This document shows positions 42,871 to 58,256 of a stretch of 64,000 bases of DNA, piece after piece. Both the position numbers and the translations under genes were made by a program. Position 1 is the first letter of the stretch. Every line of letters begins with the position of its first letter. Source of the DNA: the human T2T-CHM13v2.0 reference genome, Homo sapiens. Location: the NCBI RefSeq assembly GCF_009914755.1, contig NC_060929.1; one strand, given 5' to 3'. The notes under the pieces were generated by a model. That model was given only the letters and a program-made list of their open reading frames with translations, did not search any database and was not told the origin of the DNA.

Positions 42871-45029
42871 TATTTTTGTTGCTTTTTGTTATTGTTTGTT
42901 TCATTTTCCTTATGGGCTGGGAAAGAATGGGAATGTTAAGAAGAAGATGTTTCCAACACCACTTCGACCGATCTTCTGCAGGTATCCTTGGAGTCCTGGC
43001 CTCAGGGACCACCCAAGACAGCGGAAAGTGCAGAGGAGCTAAGAAACCAGCTCTAGCTGACTCCAAATCTAAGCTCAGACAATGTAGAAAATTTGCTTGC
43101 ACCATTTGTTCTTCAGGGCTCAGATTTTCACTTTTGAAATGCAGATGATGACTCCCGAGCAAGTTTTTTATGGAATGAGTTGAAACTCTCTGCAAAGACC
43201 TTAGCTCGGTGTCTGCTCTATTTCTTCAAAAGGAAGAAATATCTGTATTTTACTAAACTATGATTGGCTTTATAAAAAGGTATACATATGCAAGTACGAA
43301 AACAAATGTAGGGCCTATTTTTTCAAATAGTGAAGAGTAAAATTCCTGAAAATATCTTGAAATACACCCTTTCTATGTATATGCCCTTGGCTGCCATTTG
43401 TCTCTACTGGAACTGTCTGTGTGGATGGGAACTCAGACGATTACCATCACAGTCATGATGTTTCAATGTTACTACCATGGAGTTTACCCTATGTCTTAGA
43501 CATAACACTAAATATCTTCAGATTTAATCAAATTACTTTTAGAAAAGTCAGGGTTTAACAGCTCTACAAGTTTACATCTAAAACTTACCATTACTTTATC
43601 TACAGCTGACTTTTGTTTGTGATAATTTGGGAGCACAGGTTTGTTTTGTTCTGGAAGTCAATAAATATATTAAAAAGAGACAACTTTTATGACTCTTGTG
43701 CCACATTGTAACTGGAAGAGGAATAAGAATTCAGGAAACAAAACATCATCCACCTACTGAAAGATTCATAACTTCACCTTCCTGATGATTTGAGAGTTGG
43801 AATGTAATCACATCCCCTAATGAGTAATAAACTTCATGCATGGAGTGTGTCTGCCATAAATTTTGATCAGCTCACCTACATGTTATTGCTAGAGGCTTGA
43901 AAAAAGATTCTCCACCAGCTCAGTACAATGCAATATTTGTTTCCATTTATAAAACCTTGGTTTATTCTATTTACCTTGTTTTCCATGAATAGAATACATT
44001 TAAATAGACTATGATTGGGGCAGTTTTAAGAGCATAATATTCTGAAAATTTTCAAGACTGTTAGAAAAGTGTGCTAGCTTTTTAATATTTCTTTTATTTT
44101 ATATAGTATTTCTTCCTTATTTTACTAAGAAACATGTTTAAAAAATATGCTCAATCAACAGACATATACATGTATAGTAGTTATGGAAATTGATTTATAT
44201 TCTTCCAAGAATCTCTTATGGGTTACACATGTCTTTATCTAAATTTTCAGGAACCATATCTTCATTTTTCCTTAGTGTTTACAGTAAGGTCATTGAGGAC
44301 TTACATAATGTGTAGATTGTAAGGTCTGTCAACTGTGGAAGTCTAGACATTCAGCAAACTCATGGCATGTCAAATCTGGGAAAATTTCCCATAGTGACTT
44401 CATCACCAGAAAAGTACCATCTGTAAAAGTGCAATAAAAATCAGCTCACACAAATACTACAAACCCTAGTTTATATAGCTATAAACACATTACTTATCTC
44501 ACTGAAAATTATGAAAAATGACCCAGATTTCTTTGATAGTAATTTAAGCAGTATTTCTTAAATTATTTTTAAACATGTATATGAAATAAGTTAACAGAAA
44601 TATATCAACTATTGAGATAAGAAAGTTAAAATAACATGAAAATCAGCACACATCAATCCTATTATCTTGGACCTCTGTGCAGTATATGTCATATAATGTA
44701 TATGGCTATAGCTCTGAAACAAGTAAGATTTATTTTCCAAAGTCTGACATAGTGATTTCGATATGAATTGAATGGATTTAGATGTAGAAATAATGCTAAA
44801 CAGCAATGGACCAATTCAGAAATCAGACCTTTCCCTTCTGTTAACACGGCGGTAATTTATTACATAAGAGATGTTAATCCTGGGGAGAAATTCTAAATAC
44901 TCAGGGAATAAGTAATGGCTGGGCCGTAAATGATGAAAATGTGAATGTGTTACATAGATTCTGAATTATTCCTGGCATTCCCTGGGGAGAGAGAATAGAA
45001 GTAAGTTGCAATCAGTTGTGATACCTCTG

Positions 45030-45320
45030 AAAGGAGAGAGAGAAGGAAGGAGGCTGGGCAGCAGCCACCCCACTGCAGGGCTGCTCTGAGAAAGTTTGAG
45101 CTTTGTCAATGGGAGTACATGACGGAGATGACCCAGGAGAGAAACCCTGCGTCAAGCAGCAGCAGCCTGCCCTAGTAGCTTTGCTGTGCTTATGTCTGGG
45201 AGCAGCCCATGGGAGCATGGCCTCAGTGTGAGCTCAGTGGTGAGGCTGTTGGCCAATGGTGCTCCCTGTAGCCTGTTTCTTAAAGTAAGATCTGAATGGT
45301 GCACCCCATGACCACCATAG
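45030..45320 (-). mobile_element. LTR16-like ERVL LTR fragment
   Basis: ctgggagcagcccatgggagcatggcctcag...agatctgaatggtgcacc resembles antisense LTR16. Confidence 0.6.
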
Positions 45321-46475
45321 AGAATTAGTGTGTGATTGTAACAACACATAATGTGTTATAAATTATATAAGTATGCATACATGTCAAATTTTAATATGAA
45401 CCCCAAGTTAACCCAACAACTAACAGATAAATTGACTACTAAGTACTAATCATCCAAGCTAAAATGAGTTTACTACTAAAAAAAAAAAAAACCACACCCC
45501 CCACACACATTAACACTACTCAGTTTTCTTTATTTTTTAACACTTAAAAACACTTGTCTTAAAGCAGAATTTGCAGAATTTACAGAACTAGTATAAAGGT
45601 TTTGCTTTTTTGTTTCTTTCCTTATGAATCTCTTTTTAAGCATATGATATTCTGGTTTTAAAATGGACATCTTTATTTTTTTTTCTCAAAAATTACTCTT
45701 GAACACCTTTGGGAATCAATCATTAAGTCAGTGGCCCCTCATCCAAATGTTTGATATTTCAAACAAAATCTACACATTTTGCTTTAAGCATTTGCAATTC
45801 AAATGTTCATTCTTTGTGGTATTTCTTTATGATGACATATTCTCTTGGCAAATGAAATGACCATATGTGGCTGGAGAAAAAGAAGTTTTCAATAAAAAGG
45901 ATAATCCTTCCTTTCTGTGTAATATCTTCAAGCTAAGATTGAATAATAGCAAGGGACGGCAAAAGATTTTTACAGATGCTTCCTCAAACCCTCTTAAACC
46001 TGAAATTTTATGGAAGTGGCTTTAATGGCACTAAATATTCTGCTTGTTTTTCAAATAATGTTCTTTTGAGGAATCATTCCTGACTTCCCCTTGAATTATA
46101 CCACAGGAATAAAAAAGATATCAGTTTAAATAAAACTGGAAAATTCCTTTATTTAAAAGCTTTGATGAATTACACAAAGGATAAGAAATGATTACCAAAG
46201 AGCCAGAGAGCTTGAAATCTGGGAGTCTCATACTTTTCACTTAGCACTGGTCTACACAATTTAAACGTATTCACTTTCATACAGCTCTGCCCTTCTCAGT
46301 TGGAGCCAGAAGCCTGGCAAAAGTGAGGTAGATTAGTTGCTCTAAAACAATGTTTTAATAATCCTAATATATTTCATACTGAGTAGCTAAGTTTAAAGTA
46401 TACGGACTAAAGTATAGAACAATAAAACAATACTTGTGAAAACACTATTTGGATAAATGCAAGATACATGTATAT

Positions 46476-46600
46476 ATAGCCATATGCTGCATGACAGCAT
46501 TTCAGTCAATGATGGACTGCCTAGACAAGGGTGGTCCCCTAAGATTATAATTGAGCTGAACAATTCTCATCACCTAGTACCATTGAAGCCATCATAGATG
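46476..46600. mobile_element. Tigger3/MER7 (TcMar) terminal fragment
   Basis: tttcagtcaatgatggactgc...ggtggtcccctaagattataattgagctgaa matches the Tigger3 end. Confidence 0.8.
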
Positions 46601-48674
46601 TGTGTACTCTATAGACTGCTGCTGCTCTGATTTAAAAAGAACTTCTGAAGGGTAATGTTTCCATCAAAGGGTTACTCCAAAATGAGCCAAATATGAGAAA
46701 ATATCCACATAGTGCTGCAAATACCCAAGAAGCACCCCTAAATACTTTCATCGTGAGCAATGTATTTAAGGCCTCCCAAAACAAAATAATATTAGCATGA
46801 CGTATATTTGGTTAAGTGTCATAAGTATCTTAAAGCACCATCCCTTTCAAATCTCCTTTACAGAACATCACTAAGCTGACCTCTGTATTACAAGGCTAAG
46901 AATAATAAGTTTTAAAGAGTGACAATTTTAGAATTTTTCACAATGGTATTTATGCAGGCACTGGTATTTCTAAATGCTGGACTCCCATATTGGAATTATT
47001 ACTTTATATTCAAACCTCCTAGACCACTTATCAGTATGTATTTCAGCGACTCTAAGTCATTTGCCTTTTCTGTATTTTAGTCATAGAAAATGATGGTAAA
47101 GAAAATCTGCTTTTCATTAAAAAATGGCAATTTTAGACTAATGCATTTTAATATCTGTCTACAACTGACCTTCTGTTAGAAACATTTACCCTAAATCTCC
47201 TTCATAGTATGAGATCAACATTAAGGATAAAATATTCTCAGAAGAAAGCATTTCCTTGGAAGAAGAGAACACAGAAAGATACTCATAAACGCTTGGGTTG
47301 GTAGAGCTGTATGAACAAAAACAAAGGTTCATTTCCCAGACTCCCTACTCAACTGATTTCCATCAGGGCAGGTAGCTGCACATGTAAATTGTGCTCCCCA
47401 CCTCCGAAGAGTGGTTCAGGGGTGTGGTCTGAGAAGTAGGGTTAAGGGTTCTCTCCACTTGACCAGGTAAGGAAGGTGCTAAGACAGCATGTCCATCACT
47501 TAGAAGCCATACCTGGGAAAAAAGATTCTCAGAGTTCCCTCGTCCACTTGAATATGACCTCTACATATATAGGGGCTTACAGGCACTTTGGGGACATTTC
47601 AGATGATGGATCTCTACTAAACTAAGAACATCTGGATTTCCTCATTTACTGACCACTAAAGAGTGATCAGACAGATGTTCTGAGAAATTGCCAACCTGGA
47701 CCGAATCAAATTGATGATTTGTAGAGGTAGAATTAATATCTCTTTCTAACCTCCTGGGCCAATGAGAATTCCTTAGCACTATTTCTTTTCTTTTTCTTAA
47801 AGCACAAATTCAGCTTAAAATAGACACCTGGCTACTTCACTGAAATCAAAGCAAGGGAAATCCACTTAGACTATACTAGTTTCCCAGACATTTTATAAGC
47901 TTCTTGAATTTCATGTTGAACTTAAGGAAAAGTAGAATGACATTTATGACAAGCAACTTACCACAATTTATCCAGTTTTTAAATATACAGGCAAGTACAC
48001 ACTCACATGATTAAATTCAATAAACCTCAAAGATTTGCAACTTTACACCCAAATGCACCTATATATGTATGTGAATATGCACACGCACACATCACACACA
48101 TATGCACACCCATAAAGAAATAGATAATTTTTTAAAGTAGTACTAGTTTGAAAAATTGCAAAGTTGTTTCAGGGAATATGTAAACAAATCAAAATGTAAG
48201 AATAAACTTGGAAATGTGACACTTCTTAGGTGTGTTCCTCTGTCTAGAATTGTTCCTCCCTCTTCTAAGGCCATTGAGGCTTATATCATCCTTAAGGGCT
48301 GAACATCTAGATGCTGGGGCCAACTTCTCTATCTCTCTTCCTGCAGTACTTTGGCCACATTAACGCTCTGTGTTGGGAATCTCCACTAGTCTCATCGACA
48401 ATATTATTTAGTTAGCCATTAATCACATGCTGTTGTCATCTATTGACACAGTCCTATTCCCTATAAACAAATTTTGCTTAATAATAATTTTGACTTCTGC
48501 TCAGTTTTCTAATGACTGATTTACCTACAATTTGCCACCCTTTGGTTATTTTTGAATTTTGTATACCTTCTTATTTGATTAATGCATTCTCTTGCCATCT
48601 TAAGAAAATTTTAATAATTAGAGTGCATTCTTCATTTTATTATTTCAGAGTTACAACATTTCAAAAAACAACTA

Positions 48675-49317
48675 TGTATTGTTTTCTTTGCTGTATAACA
48701 AATTACTGCAACCTCCAGGGTTTAAAACACAATATACATAATATTTTACAGTTTCTATGGGTCTGGATATAGGCGCAGGTGAGCTGGATCCACTACTCAG
48801 AGTCTTGCCAGGGTTCGGTCCAGGCATGGGCTGCATTCTCATCTGGAGGCTTAACTGGGGAAAAACCCATTTTTATCCAAGTTCATTTGGGTTGTTGGTA
48901 TAAATACTTTCCATGTGGGTTTTTGCTGGCTGTCAGCTAGAGGCAGCTCTCAGGTCCTGAGATCACAGACAGTTCCTAGAGGCATTCTGCAGGTGCTTGT
49001 CGTGGGTTCCTTTTCAACACGTCACTTGTCTCATCAAGCTGGCAAAGGAAGTCTTTTGTTTTAAGGGAAGGCCCAGTACCTTTTAAAAGTCCTTTTACCT
49101 GATTAAGTCAGGCCCACTGAAATAAGGTCTCCCTGATTTTGATGAACTCAAAATCAACTGATTTGGGACTTTAATTACATCTGCAAAGTCCTGTGATCTT
49201 TAACATATTCTCTTGGCTAGAAGCAAATTACAAGGTCCCACTCACACTCAAGGAGTGGACTTTATACAGCCAGACTATAGGAATCATGAAGGCTATCTTA
49301 TCCTTTGCTTGGAAACA
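48675..49317 (-). mobile_element. MLT1E-like MaLR LTR
   Basis: ttgctgtataacaaattac...cctgattaagtcaggcccac...ttggctagaagcaaattacaaggtcccactcacactcaagg. Confidence 0.85.
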
Positions 49318-50060
<743 letters not shown>

Positions 50061-50169
50061 GGTATAGCCTATATGAATGAAATTCAAAGAGACTCTTTAG
50101 AGTCAATTTTCTATCCGACCTTCTCACAATTCCATCTTAAGAAGACGTCTGGTATTAGATATACAGATG

Positions 50170-51250
50170 GTAAAAGTAGCTAATTCTTTAGCTACAAAAA
50201 ATGCAATAAAAAGTTTATAAAGATAACATGAAAATAGGAAAAACCCTAACAGTCTCACTTATTAATAGAGATATAAAAATGCTAAATAAAACGCTAGAAA
50301 ATTAATTTAGATAGTAAACAATAATATACAGTGCTGTGAAAGTTGCCAATATCAGGATGAAATTAATTTTGTCAGACCCAGATAAAATAGGGCCAGGAAG
50401 GCAAGGAGGAGAGAAGACTCATGTGTACATGTCTAAGAACAGTTCCCAAGGACTTTCCAAAAACGCTACAAGAAACCCCTTCACATCCTTCGTGCATCTC
50501 CTGCTTTGATAAGGTTTATCACTAGACATTCTTCAGGACTGCAGTAATTCTGGTAAGATGCTCTCAAAAGAATACTTGCCCAGTAGTAGCATCTCCACTA
50601 ATAAATTCACAACAGCTCTGGCTTTGAGCCTCTAGAATCCATGAAATCTGTTTCTAAGCAGTTCATGAGAACCTCTCCCTTTTTGTTAATAAAAGCTTCT
50701 CTTTATCCTTCCCTCACTGGATGCACTGGTGGTTTGCTTTCTGTACATTCCAGATTATAATCCTTTTTTCTCATTTCTGAGTAAACTGAACATATTTGGG
50801 GATAATTTTCTCTAGTATTTTTTTAGCTTAACAATGTCTTAGTAGTGCTTACCTTTAGACATATGAGAAAAGTGTAACATATTATCAAGTAAAAGGAGCA
50901 AATCTAAGATGTCCTCTACAAAGTCCATTAGAAGAAAATTCATCTACATTCCTATTTTTTAAGTAAAATAGGAGTAGAATGATATCTCCTTACTATGGTA
51001 TTAAATTTCTGTCTCAAACAAACATCACAAGTATGTTATTATGGAAATACTAGCCAACATGATTAGATAAAAATGAATTATGAAGTATTAATTGGGATGG
51101 AAAGCAGTGAAATTATCAGTGTGTGCAGATGGTATTTTGATTAACTAAAATAAACAGAAGACTTTAATGGAAAACTATTGCAGAGACATGAATTGATGAG
51201 ATAGGCAGCTTAAAAACACACATGGCAAAATCAAAAGCTTTGCTCTTTTT
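50170..51250 (+). mobile_element. Very old L1M ORF2 fragment split by an LTR
   Basis: Degenerate RT-region text: atgctaaataaaacgctag..., tactagccaacatgattagataa..., tgtgcagatggtatt (decayed FADDM). Confidence 0.55.
50335..50833 (+). mobile_element. ERV1 solo LTR (MER34/MER39-like)
   Basis: tgtgaaagttg...tttagcttaaca with TG...CA termini, ~500 bp, agtaaa-type polyA signal near the 3' end. Confidence 0.7.
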
Positions 51251-51609
51251 CGAGCTAGTAGATGGAGAACATGCATCTTCTGCCTGCTACACAAAATCCC
51301 ACTGCAATGACAGGTGTGTGTGTGTGTGTGTAATTCATAAACAGGCTGGGGAAAGTGAATGAAGTCATGATGAGGTCATGAGGGGTGGGGAAGTTTTTGA
51401 GTAAATTTTTTTAGTAATGTTGGAAAGCAAATGGGATCAGAAAAATGGGGGAATCGGGTCCAAAACCAGTACAGGTCAAGCCTCCTGCTGCCTATAAAGT
51501 AGCTCCTCTTTCTCTCCAAGCTCCAGGGAAGTACCTGCTGCCCATCATCCAAATCACAGGACATGTGTGGGCCAAGTGCAGTAAGGATAGTTAATAAAAT
51601 GGTGGTAGA

Positions 51610-51939
51610 GGCTGGGCGTGGTGGCTCACGCCTGTAATCCCATCACTTTAGGAGGCCGAGGGGGCAGATCACCAGGTCAGGAGATCAAGACCATCCTGGC
51701 TAACACGGTGAAACCCCGTCTCTACTAAAAATACAAAAAATTAGCTGGGCGTGGTGGCGGGCGCCTGTAGTCCCAACTACTCGGGTGGCTGAGGAGGAGA
51801 ATGGTGTGAACCCGGGAGGCAGAGCTTGCAGTGAGCCGAGATCACGCCACTGCACTCCAGCCTGGGCAACAGAGCGAGACTCCGTCTCAAAAAATAAATT
51901 AATTAATTAAAATAAAATAAATAAAATAAAATAAAATAA
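51610..51939 (+). mobile_element. AluY with (TAAAA)n tail
   Basis: gaccatcctggctaacacggtg and gagcttgcag; TSD aataaaatgg(t/c)ggta at 51593-51607 and 51940-51954. Confidence 0.96.
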
Positions 51940-52457
51940 AATAAAATGGCGGTACAGTACCCGAACTACTGAATTTGTCACATGGAGGCTGGGATCATTA
52001 CACATTGACTCTGTTTTTCCAACTCAAGCACAGTGTATAAAACCTAGTAGCCAAGTAATTAATGTGTTTGATTACCTAGTAATTAATGTGTTTAATTGAA
52101 TCCATTAATGAAACAATCAATAATGTTAGAATGAGTGAGAGACGAATGCCATTCCCTTCTCCTCACCCAGAACATTCCCTGCACCAAGATCTTCACAGGA
52201 AAACACAAATACTGCTTTCCCAGTAGGATCCAGCTTCCATGAGATGCTGCCCCTTGCCCCACGAAGTATTCTCTACTCCCTTTTTCCTCCTATGAGCTCC
52301 CTTTCTGTCTGTTCCAAAGGCTTATTAAATATTCATTCATCAAATAAACAGTGAGTCGCTGCCACATACACAGCCCTGTGCTTAGGGAATACAGCCATAC
52401 ATTGTAGTTATTTTCCACAAAGATTCACTTACATGAAATTTTATTTTACCGAAAATA

Positions 52458-54082
52458 CTTCTAATTTTTTGAAGAACCTCCCTACTAACTTCCATTCCCA
52501 CCCAGCTGTGTAAGGATTCCCTTTTCTCCACAACCTCACCTTCTGTTACACTATACTATTTGTTTTCATAATCACCATTCTAACTTGGAAAAGGTGATAT
52601 CTCATTGTGGTTTTGATTTGCATTCTTCTGATGTTTACTGATGTTGAGCATTTTAAAAATATATCTCTTGGCTGTTTGTATGTCTTCTTTTGAGAAATGT
52701 CTATTCAGTTCATTTGTTCATTTAAAAATCAAGTTGTTTCTTTATTACTGAATTGAGTTCCTGGTATATTTTGGGTATTAGCCGCTTGTCAGATGTACAG
52801 TTTGCACTTATTTTCTGTAGGTTGTTTCTTCAACCTGTTGATTGTTTCCTTTGCTATGTAGAAACTTGTTAGTTTGATGTAATTTTGTTTGTACAATGTT
52901 GCTTTTGTTACCTGTGCTTTTGAGGCCTTATCTAGAAAATCTTTGCCCATAACCAATGTCATGAAGAAATTCCTCTAGGTTTTCTTCTAGAAATGTCATA
53001 GTTTTGGGTCTTACATTTAAGTCTTTAATCGATTTTGAATTGATTTTTGTATATGGTAAAATATATTATTACTTTCTTATAATAATACTCTTTCTGATCA
53101 CTTTCTTCTGCATATGGATATCCAGTTTTGTCAACATCATTTATGGAAAAGACTGTCCTTTCCCTAATGTGTGTTCTTGCCACCTTTTTCAAAAACCAGT
53201 TGGTGGTAAATGTGTTGATTTATTTCTGGGCTCTCTATTCTGTTCCGTTGGTCAATGTATGTTTTTAATGCCAGTGCCATGCTGTTAGTGTTACTATACC
53301 TTTCTAGTCAGGTAGTCAGGTCTTGAAGTTTTTGAGGTGAGTTAGTGTGATGGCTCCAGCTCTATCCTTTTTATTCAATAATGATTTGGTTACTTGAAGT
53401 CTTTTGAGGTTTCCTAGGAATTTTAAGATTGTTTGTATTATCCAGCAATCGCTATACTGGGTATATATCCAAAGGAAATGAAATCAGTATGTTGAAGAGA
53501 TAGCTACACTCCCATATGCACTATTCACAATAGCCAAGATATAGAATTAACCTAAGTGTCCACCAAGGAATAAAATAATAAAAATGTAGTGAATATACAC
53601 AATGAAATACTACTCACCCATAAAAAAAGAATAAAATCCTGTCATTTCCCACAACATAGATGAACGTGGAGAACATTATATTAAGGAAAATAAGCTAGTG
53701 ATACATGAATACTGCAAGGTTTGCTAATATGTGGAATCTAAAACAGTTGATCTTATAGAAGTAGAGAATACAATGGTGCTTAGCAGAAGCGGGGTTGCTT
53801 GGAGGTGAGGCAGATGGAGAGATGGTCAAAGCATACGTAATAACAGTTAGATTGGAGGGATAAATTTAAAAAGATCTCTCTTACAATAAAGTGACTATAG
53901 TTAATGATGACTTATTATATTCTTGAAAAATATGAAGAGAGTAGTTGTTTTGTGCTGTCACTGCAAAAATAACTGTTAGGTAATGCATTTGTTAATTAGC
54001 TGGACTTAAGCATTGCATAATGTATACATATTTTACATAATAAAATCATGTGATGTTATCTGGCAATTTAAAATTTTAAAAA
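52458..54082 (+). mobile_element. L1MA-type L1 with ~1-kb 5' inversion
   Basis: 52458-53439 is antisense ORF2; from 53440 it is sense (atccagcaatc...) through an L1MA 3'UTR. Confidence 0.88.
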
Positions 54083-55404
54083 CATTAACAATAAAAGTAG
54101 TTTTAAAAAATCTCCCTTAGACTTCTTATTGATGAAATTGAAATTATAAATGTGCCACTCCAATTATTGGTTCACTTTCAGATAAAGCAGTAACTCACTG
54201 CCCTTGACTGACTCCGTTTGTGACTTTGCCAGAATTATAGAATGTAGCATTGTATAAAAAGAGCAATTAAGAAAATCAAAGACAGATGCCTCTAGAGTAA
54301 AATCTATGAAAACCTACACTGAGTTTTTAATTTTAGCAGAGTCCCACAGGGTGACTCAAAGGAGACACTTCAGGCAAACATAGGGCACACTGGCCACACT
54401 ACACTTAAAATATTGTACAGCTTTCATGAGGATGGTTTTGTAAGTAAACCAAAGAACAAAAGTTTATTTTAAAAATATTTGCCATTAAAAAAATAACTAT
54501 GACAGAGAATAGTCAATGAGATCACCACATAATCCTTAAAATTTAGTTCAAAGGAGAGGGATGTAAAAGGGCTAAAAGAGAAGTCAGGATTCAAATGGAA
54601 AATGTGAGGCAGTAGACACAAAAAAGATCCCTTTAAATTGAGAATATATTCAATGATATATTAATATTATAACAAGCTAAAATTTCTACTCCAATATATT
54701 TGTAATAATCATAAAATATTAATATTATCCTTTGTTCATCATTCAAGAAAATTATCAGCTGAAATTGATTGAGCTGGCACTTATTATTGGCTTTAAACAT
54801 ACCTTCAGTAATTTTATTCCAACTGGAATTCCTCTGAGTCACCAAAGTTAGGCTAACAAAAATATATACATAAATAAGTAGACATATTAGTAGATAGTTG
54901 CCAATACATAAAGTGTCTACATACCACCTGAAAATATTATATTGTTTTTCAACTGATAACACTAAAAAAAATACCAGCTTTAATGTACAAACTTGGATTT
55001 TCCAATCACCGATCTCGTGCTTTAAATGCTGTGATATGGCTTTCCTTAGGCCTAGTGACTTTATAACGTTGACCTTGACATCCCTCCTTCAGCTTACTTC
55101 AGCTCACCCAGAATAAGGCATTGATTTTGGCCTACAGATTAAAAATCAGCCAGTTATAGTGAACCCATGGAATAAGATTGACTAGTTACCATAATATGTC
55201 CAACAATTTTAATTCTGACTGAAAAGGAAGAATATGTTTTGTATTCAGTTTGCCATCAACTATTTCTACTCCAGCTACTGGGAAAATTGTAATACTTACT
55301 TAACTATTTTAGGGTCTACACAAAAATAAAGCAGCCTTATGTTCATTCTATATTAGCACTGTGTTTAGTGATGCTCCTTTTCTTGGAAATAATAATGTGG
55401 CTGA

Positions 55405-55635
55405 CAATTATTAAGTACTTATGTAATTTGCACTGTTTTAGAGCTATATGCAAAATTTTAAGTTTAGTTTACATAACAACCAAGCAAATGGAGTGAGTAC
55501 TATTGGCATCACTATACAAATGAAAAAATGAGGCTTTAGGTGGTGAAGGAAGCTGCAGAGAGCCACATCTGTTCAGTAGCAGAGTCAGGACATCAACTCA
55601 AGTATATGTGACCACAAAGTACTAGCTCCTATGTT
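55405..55635 (-). mobile_element. MIR
   Basis: tattaagtacttatg...tacaaatgaaaaaatgaggct...gtagcagagtcaggacatcaactcaag. Confidence 0.7.
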
Positions 55636-57174
55636 TCCCAGCTACCTCCCTAAACACCTGTGTCATACTTCTCCCCAAAATGTTTCCATTGTCTCCCATT
55701 GTTCTTGGGACAAAGATCCCTAAAGAGGCCCCAGACATTGCCTAATTCCTTCAGCTACCTCATCTTGAGCTTAGGGGAAGTATTTAACGCAAAAATGAAC
55801 AATAATAGCATTGCATCAGAGAACTTCTGGTCCAAGACTGAACACATCTGTTTGTCTCTTCTTCTTGCTGATATTTCATTAAAGTTATAGTAACAGAGTT
55901 TCTGAAAGGCATAAACCCAAAATAATGAAGTCTAGAAGGGAGACTTCAGCAGATAATATAATTGGACAAATGTTAAGAAGATGGAAAGATGCAGAAAGAC
56001 AGAAGAAGTGGTGCAGGGTATGTCTATCTCAAAAAAGTGACTCATAAACCTGTCAGAACTAATAATTTCTTTTTATAACAAATTCTTGGTAATACTTCTT
56101 TTATTACATTAAAAAATGTATAAAATGGTAAGTAACGCATGGACAATTTTAAAAAATCAGTATAATGTCTTAACTGTAACTCAAAAGAGAAAAAAGGAAG
56201 TAAGTAATTTATTATTATATTTAGCTCAATTTACAAAGTCTTGGGTACAATTCTACTGGAAGACAGTGAAGTTGTTAGAGGTTTCGTATCTACATATAAT
56301 AGTGGAATTCATCAACTGCAAATATAACATTCAGACAGGTATTTTTGCCACTTATACAATGCAAAAAGGTTTGCCTTTGATATTGGTATTTTCTAAAATG
56401 GTGAAAGTCTAAATAGAACAAAGTCATCTTTCCTGTCTTTCAAAATAGATCTATTTCTTGAAAATGCAATGTATATTACTACTTTGTTAAAAATACGCTG
56501 TTGCCATAGTTCCTAAAACAAACCTTGATTACTGAAAGACAACATTAAATCAATTTGTGTTACCCCTCAAAGTTCTGAGGGGCAAGGTTTTTAAGCTTAG
56601 AATTTTAAGGGTAGGCAAACCATCACACAAGGTAAGAATGAAAACATTTAAAGATATGTACTAATTCAGAGTAGTGCTTTCTTTCTTACAAAGCCACTTA
56701 AAGAAATACTTCAAAAAATGAAGCAATCTCTGCAAGAAAAAGAAAAGGAAATCAAGAAATGATTGATTACATGTATAAGAAAAACACAGAAATTTGCAAT
56801 ATGAAAGGGGAACAGCTGATCTACAAAGCAACAAGCAGATGAGAGTCCATGGCTCACCTCTCAGGAGGCTGTACAGAAGGGAAGGGGGAAGTAGGTACTT
56901 GATAGAATGGACAGTGCTGCTGAAAGCTAGGGAGACCTTGAGTTCCAATATGAATTAATTGGTCCCATTTAAATTATGAACCTTGAAAAAAAGTTTAAAT
57001 GATTACAAATGATAGATTAAAAGCATGACAAATAAAAAGATATAGAAAATTTTCTGAAAATGGCTTTTTCTTTTTTTTTCTCTTTTTCCTGGTAAAGAAA
57101 TGATGGCTGTCACTTCAGGAAAAACCAAAGCATGTCAAACTCAAAACCCAAAATTATATGAAATGTAGCGTCTC

Positions 57175-57484
<310 letters not shown>

Positions 57485-57691
57485 TGTAGTATCATTTTTA
57501 AGCAACTGCTGAAGTACAAGAAAATACTGAGTTAATTGCTTACTCATTCTTCAGATAGAAAAGAGCAAGGATTGCCTCTCTCCATGCAGAAATACTGATG
57601 CAAACTTCTCTCGCTCTGTGTGGACGTGCTGGACAGTGTCTTCCAGTGTGGCCTCCAGAAAGACAGGGAAAGTTCCAGAAGTCTGCCTGTG

Positions 57692-58033
57692 CATGATAGT
57701 TAATTTTAATGTGTAAACTTGCCTGGGCTGTGGCACCCAGTTGTTCGGTCCGTTACTAGTCTCTATGTTGTTTTGAAGGTATTTTGTAGACATGACCAAT
57801 ATTTAAAATCAATGTATTTAAATAAAGGAGATTACCTTTACTTGGTGTGTTGGTTTTCATTCACACAATTGGTGGCCTAAAGAGTAAAACACTGAGATTT
57901 TCTCTAAAAGATGGATTCTGCCTCAAGACTGTAACATGTGACATAGAATTCCTGCCTGATTTTCCAGTCAGTCAGTCTGATCCACAGATTTTGGACTTTC
58001 CATCCCTAAAATTGTGTGAGCCAATTCTTTAAA

Positions 58034-58084
<51 letters not shown>

Positions 58085-58256
58085 ATCTGTCCATCTATCT
58101 ATCATCTATCTGTCTATCATCTATCTGTCCATCTATCACCTATCGATCTAATGTATCTATCTAACTATGTATATAACTATGTATCTATGTAACTACCTAC
58201 CATCTATCCATCCATCTTCTCTTGGCTCTAATTCTCTGGGTAAACTGGCTGATAAA
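57692..58256 (+). mobile_element. MLT2C/D-like ERVL LTR
   Basis: tgatagttaattttaatgtgtaaactt...ttctgcctcaagactg...tgtgagccaattctttaaaat followed by an internal STR. Confidence 0.8.
58034..58215. repeat. (TATC)n compound tetranucleotide STR
   Basis: About 12 perfect TATC units followed by degenerate units. Confidence 0.95.

Noticed and set aside
47330-47472. Possible exon ending at CAG|GTAAGG (47467)
   Set aside because: The donor is strong but the upstream acceptor has only a short pyrimidine tract, which is not enough support.
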